Source of the DNA: Selaginella moellendorffii
Lineage: Eukaryota; Plantae; Lycopodiophyta
Reading direction: 5' to 3'
Assembly: GCF_000143415.4 (NCBI RefSeq)
Contig: NW_003314569.1
Coordinates: forward strand, 1-11,707
Length of the DNA: 11,707 nucleotides
The first letter of the stretch is position 1. The number at the start of each line of letters is the position of its first letter. A program made the translations under genes and the position numbers. The notes below the pieces were generated by a model that saw only the letters and a list, made by a program, of their open reading frames with translations, had not been told where the DNA came from and made no database searches. Shown piece by piece: positions 7,786 through 11,707 of this stretch.

Positions 7786-9339
7786 ATGGAGCACATCACA
7801 GTTTTTTTCGCCTTCTTGGCTTCTTTCTTCTTGGTGATCTTCTACTATGATCGATCTAAATCACGCAGCTCTCATGTCATGCCTCCAAGCCCCCGGGCCT
7901 TTCCAATCCTCGGCCACATTCCACTCCTGGCCAGCAATTCCCGCGGGCCGCATCTCATCCTCTTCGATCTCGCCAAGAAGCTCGGCCCGATCTTCTACCT
8001 TCGCCTGGGCTACACCCCCACGATCGTCATCTCGTCAGCCAAGATCGCCCAAGAGATCCTCAAGTCCCACGACAGGACCTTCTCCTCGCGGCCATCGCTC
8101 ACGTTTGCCGAGGCGATCTTCCCAGACGATCTCATCTTCGCGCGCTATGGCGCGAGATGGAGGGAGCTCCGCAAGATCTGCACGCTCGAGCTCTTCACCG
8201 CGCGCCGCGTGGGGAGCTTTGCGGCAGTGAGGCAAGGGGAGATGGAGAAGTTCCTGGCGATGCTCTCCCAGAATCTAGGAAGAACGGTGAACATAACCCA
8301 GGAGGTCACCGTCCTCACCTTGGAGATCATGCAAACGCTCGTGTTTGGGACGAGCCGGACCTTCGGTGCCAACGATTTCGTCCGCTTGGTCCACCAGGCG
8401 AACGAGCTGGGAGGGAGGCTACACATCGGCGATTACGTCCCATGGCTTAAATGGATGGATCTCTCGCTGCCCAAGCTGAGAACCTTAGCAACCAAATTCC
8501 ATGCCTTGCTTCAAGCACACATTGAAGAGCACCGATCCTCTATAGCCAAGCAAGGACATGGCGGCGAGAGCTTCCTGGACGTCTTGCTCTCGCTCGACAA
8601 CATGTCAGATCTTACCATCCGGTGCCTCATGCTGGTAAGACTGGGGGCTGACTTGAGTGTTGACTAACTCGCTGGTAGGATGCTGTGAGTGCAGGGCTGG
8701 ACACGACTGCCACAGCGATAGGATGGGCTCTCACGGAGCTACTTCTTCATCCACAAATCTTGGCAAAAGCCCAGAAGGAATTGGACGACGTGATCCCTGC
8801 TAGTAGCACCATGGTGAGCGAGGCCGACATTCCCAAGCTCAAGTACCTCGGCGCGATTGTCAAGGAGACCCTGCGCAAGCACCCTCCGGCGCCACTCATG
8901 GTTCCACGCGAATCCACCGCCGAGTGTAAGGTAAGTAGTCTAAAAGGTTTGATCCTCGCTAGATCTCTGAATTTGTTATCAACGTGTATGAAAGCTTGAA
9001 GAAGCTGGCTACATGATCCCAGCCAAGACCCAAGTGTTGATCAACCTCTACGCCATCGCCCGGGATCCAAAAATCTGGGAGAACCCTCTGGAGTTCATCC
9101 CGGAGAGGATGAGCAGCGAATTCAATGCGGCCGTGGAACTCATGACGTTTGGCTTTGGCCGGCGATCCTGCCCGGGGATGAACTTGGGGTTGACTGCTGT
9201 TCATCTCGTTCTTGCCAATCTTCTCTACAGGTTCAACTGGACAACACCGGATGGTAAAGAGGTGGACGTGGGCGAGGGGGTCGGGTTCACGCTCATGCGG
9301 GCTCGTCCACTTGCATTGGTTCCAGTTCTCCGCAAGTAG
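7786..9339 (+). CDS. Cytochrome P450, A-type/CYP71 clan; spliced CDS join(7786..8634,8679..8930,8995..9339), 481 aa + stop
   Basis: Motifs in order: N-terminal membrane anchor (ITVFFAFLASFFLVIFYY), proline hinge (PPSPRAFPILGHI), C-helix WRELR, I-helix AGLDTT (8691-8708), K-helix ETLR (KETLRKHPPAPLMVPRE), PERF-like FIPERM (9094-9111) and heme motif FGFGRRSCPG (9148-9177; Cys 9169-9171). Two GT-AG phase-0 introns join the three ORF-track fragments without a frameshift (849+252+345=1446 nt). The family or subfamily cannot be named from the sequence alone. Confidence 0.95.
8635..8678 (+). other. P450 intron 1 (44 nt, phase 0)
   Basis: Donor CTG|GTAAGA at 8635, branch-point-like TGACTAAC at 8661-8668, acceptor TAG|GAT at 8676-8678. 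Splicing gives ...CLML/DAVSAGLDTT. The position, just before the I-helix, is that of the conserved intron of A-type plant P450s. Confidence 0.85.
8931..8994 (+). other. P450 intron 2 (64 nt, phase 0)
   Basis: Consensus donor AAG|GTAAGT at 8931. AAG at 8992-8994 is the only plausibly spaced AG that keeps the frame, giving ...STAECK/LEEAGYMIPAKT. The intron is AT-rich relative to the exons. Confidence 0.75.
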
Positions 9340-9356
9340 TCAAACATATTGACTAG

Positions 9357-9362
9357 AATAAA
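9357..9362 (+). promoter_or_regulatory. Candidate polyadenylation signal AATAAA
   Basis: AATAAA begins 18 nt after the P450 stop and is followed by a GT/T-rich stretch (9367-9390). Confidence 0.45.
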
Positions 9363-10744
9363 CAGAGTGTGTTTATTAATTTTGCTTTGTGCGAAGGTTA
9401 GATTGGAAGCTCCCAATCTGCCATGATCCTGGTCCAATGGGCTTCCGTTCAGTTCTCAGGCAATTATCTCAAAAGATCTACCAGGGCAAAGATCTTGATT
9501 TCTTCCTCTCTCTAATCTGTTACAAGCTTTGTTTGGATACTAGGCCCATTTTTGGGCTCCAACATGTCAAACAACCTGTAAATGAATGGATATATTTAGA
9601 ATATACTAGCAATGAATCCAGCTATGCTGGCCTACACAAAATTAAGTCTTCAAAGATGTTTTTTGGATTTCAAACTGTTCATGGTTGCAAATTTATTTAA
9701 AAAAAGAACAATGCACCAAGTTCCTTCTTTTATTACCATTACTATTTCCCGTCCTGCTTTGCTTACACTAACTTCTTATAGCTCTTATGTGAATTTCTCT
9801 TTAAGAGTCTAAAGACAAATTAGTTTGTCAAGAGGTAAACCATTACAAGGAAATGGCTCACATTTTTACACTTTACTGCTTTGTCCAATTCTAAATTTCC
9901 TTAGTAGTGATCCCATATAACATCATCAACTCAATAATGCTTTGGCAATAGTTAAGTCCTTAGGATTAACTTTTGCATTTCTGCTCAGAATAGAAAGACA
10001 AGTATTGCTTTGGTCATATTGATGGATTTTTAATCAAGGACTGAGCAAGCTTGCAAGTGCCTCAATTGCAGAGACATGGAATTGAAGGGACTCATGACAC
10101 AGGCAGGAGCAACAATTCTCTGGACATAATTGTGGCTGCCAAAGCTGCGTGTTGGATTGATGAGACATCAATCAAGAGGATTGGCAGAAGGCTTGAAAAA
10201 CTGGAGCTCTGATGACAAAGAGGTCAGAGGTTCCATTTCCAAATCTATAGGAAATTTTGACTTCTGATTGTAACATTCCTTAACAATTTCCTCAAGAGAC
10301 TCTACCTACTGGCTCAGACCTGATTGAAAACTTTCACACTTGAACCTTGATGCATTGCTCATCCAAAGAACCAATAGAACAATATCATAAGTCCTTGTTG
10401 TCCAACCAACAGCATCCTATCAAAAAACTAGAGCACATGCTCATTCTCAATGAAAGACCAACTTGTAACTTCTGTGTTCTAAAGTTTTCCACATAAATTT
10501 TAGCAGTCATTACTCAGTCATGCTAGACTTAAAATGAAGAGAGAATGGTGGATTCTTGCCTTGAAAAACAGGGATTCTCCAGAAGTATATCTCAAAAAGT
10601 GACATTCTCTACCATGCTTTCTCGAAAGTTGGAAGTTTCTGCTATTAACTTCTCTTTAAAAATAAAACACGAATATACAGTGCTGTACCTCAGCTCTTAC
10701 TACAATCATTTGACTGTTGCTTCTTTGAAAATATGAACCAGCCG

Positions 10745-11570
10745 CTCGCTGTCGGGCACACCTCCAGTGCTACTAAGCTCTTCGATTGCATCTCCCAGCG
10801 CAATGCTGCGACCTGGAACATGATGGTCCATACCTACGCCTTGTGACTCTTCTTTGATCAATGCATTGGTGATCACATTTGCCAAGAGCCGCTGTGCAGT
10901 GGAATTTGTGCAATCTGACATATAGAGCTCCAATCTGAAGAAGATCTTTGATTCCATGCCGGATCATGATGTGGTCTCTTGGATCTCGCTCATGTATGCC
11001 AAGAACACGTTTAATTGGGTGTTGTTTCACGATCTTGTCTCGCAGATCTCGATGCTCATTGGATATGTGGCGGTATTCTGGATCCGCAACTGCCAGGCTA
11101 TCTTGCTGCCTGGTGTCTCTGAGGCCGTGACATGGAACTCTAATTATCACAACACTTGGCAAGTCGAGGCAGTGAAATCGACCTTTGATCGAATGCCAAG
11201 GATCTCGTGTCATGGACAAATCTACTACTGTGCTACGTTCAGAATGGATTCCTCGAAGAATTGGGCATTCCGTCATCTTCCCTTCACTAATGCAGTGCAA
11301 ATTGGGCATTTTGATGAGGCCATGAGGTTCTTTCACTAGATCCCATGCAAGACCATTGTCTGCTGGACAGTGTTCACACAAGTTTATGTCAACTTGGACA
11401 ACCACAAAAAATTTGAGAGCATGAAGATGTGCAGCTTGGTTTCCTGGATGACCATGGTATGGGGTTATGCTCTAAACATGCATGACAATCGAGCAGTGCA
11501 ACTTATCAATCTCAAGGGCATCAAGATGGAAAAGGTGATGTCATTGTTGGTACACTTTTGTTAAATATCA
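10745..11570 (+). pseudogene. PLS-class pentatricopeptide repeat (PPR) pseudogene fragment
   Basis: Repeated PPR motifs in shifting frames: ATKLFDCISQRNAATWNMMVHTYAL* (10769-10846); KKIFDSMPDHDVVSWISLMYAKN; VEAVKSTFDRMP then frameshift to KDLVSWTNLLLCYVQNGFLEE (~11198); GHFDEAMRFFH*IPCKTIVCWT; FESMKMCSLVSWMTMVWGYALN...AVQLINLKGIK. There are in-frame stops and frameshifts, and no E/DYW domain is recognisable. Confidence 0.88.
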
Positions 11571-11707
11571 AATTGTTCTGGGTTCAATTTATAGTCATGC
11601 CTGTGACATTCACATGCTAATCTGCAGTGGTAATAAGGTCAAAATACATAGTGAATGAGACAAATTATTTCAATACCATCTAAACCACAATATCCACAAC
11701 AATATTC

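Noticed and set aside
7847-8450. Overlapping alternative-frame and antisense ORFs in P450 exon 1 (7847..8230, 8035..8235, 8145..8426, 8157..8450)
   Set aside because: Expected shadows of a GC-rich coding exon; no recognisable motifs.
7786-9339. P450 as a pseudogene or three separate genes
   Set aside because: Two GT-AG introns join the ORF-track pieces into one uninterrupted 481-aa frame with all core motifs.
8959-9437. Antisense ORFs 8959..9204 and 9225..9437
   Set aside because: They are the reverse complement of P450 exon 3, with no independent evidence.
9389-10736. Plus-strand ORFs 9389..9700, 9612..9812 and 10545..10736
   Set aside because: No recognisable domain or gene structure; lengths are compatible with chance.
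10706-11405. Minus-strand ORFs of 210 aa and 83 aa as real genes
   Set aside because: They are antisense shadows of the PPR pseudogene; the PPR motifs are on the plus strand.

Overview
Eukaryotic, plant-like genomic DNA. The very short introns, short tandem PLS-class PPR motifs and GC-rich P450 exons suggest a compact early-diverging land-plant genome such as Selaginella; this is inference and was not verified. The window has three recognisable parts. (1) A heavily decayed Ty3/gypsy LTR-retrotransposon pol relic on the minus strand (~4200-7310; order RT, RNase H, integrase with GPY/F motif). It has no visible gag, protease, 5' LTR or chromodomain. It is interrupted by a 195-bp insertion flanked by AAAG repeats and followed by ~1.7 kb of unexplained, possibly once-coding sequence. 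(2) An apparently intact three-exon A-type (CYP71-clan) cytochrome P450 gene on the plus strand (7786-8634, 8679-8930, 8995-9339; 481 aa), with 44- and 64-nt introns and a 63-bp-period tandem duplication in its proximal promoter. (3) A frameshifted PLS-class PPR pseudogene (~10745-11570). The rest is AT-rich intergenic or decayed-repeat DNA. The most novel candidates are a possible env-like extra ORF 3' of the integrase (speculative), the nested 195-bp insertion, and RIP-like CpA->TpA decay of the retroelement.
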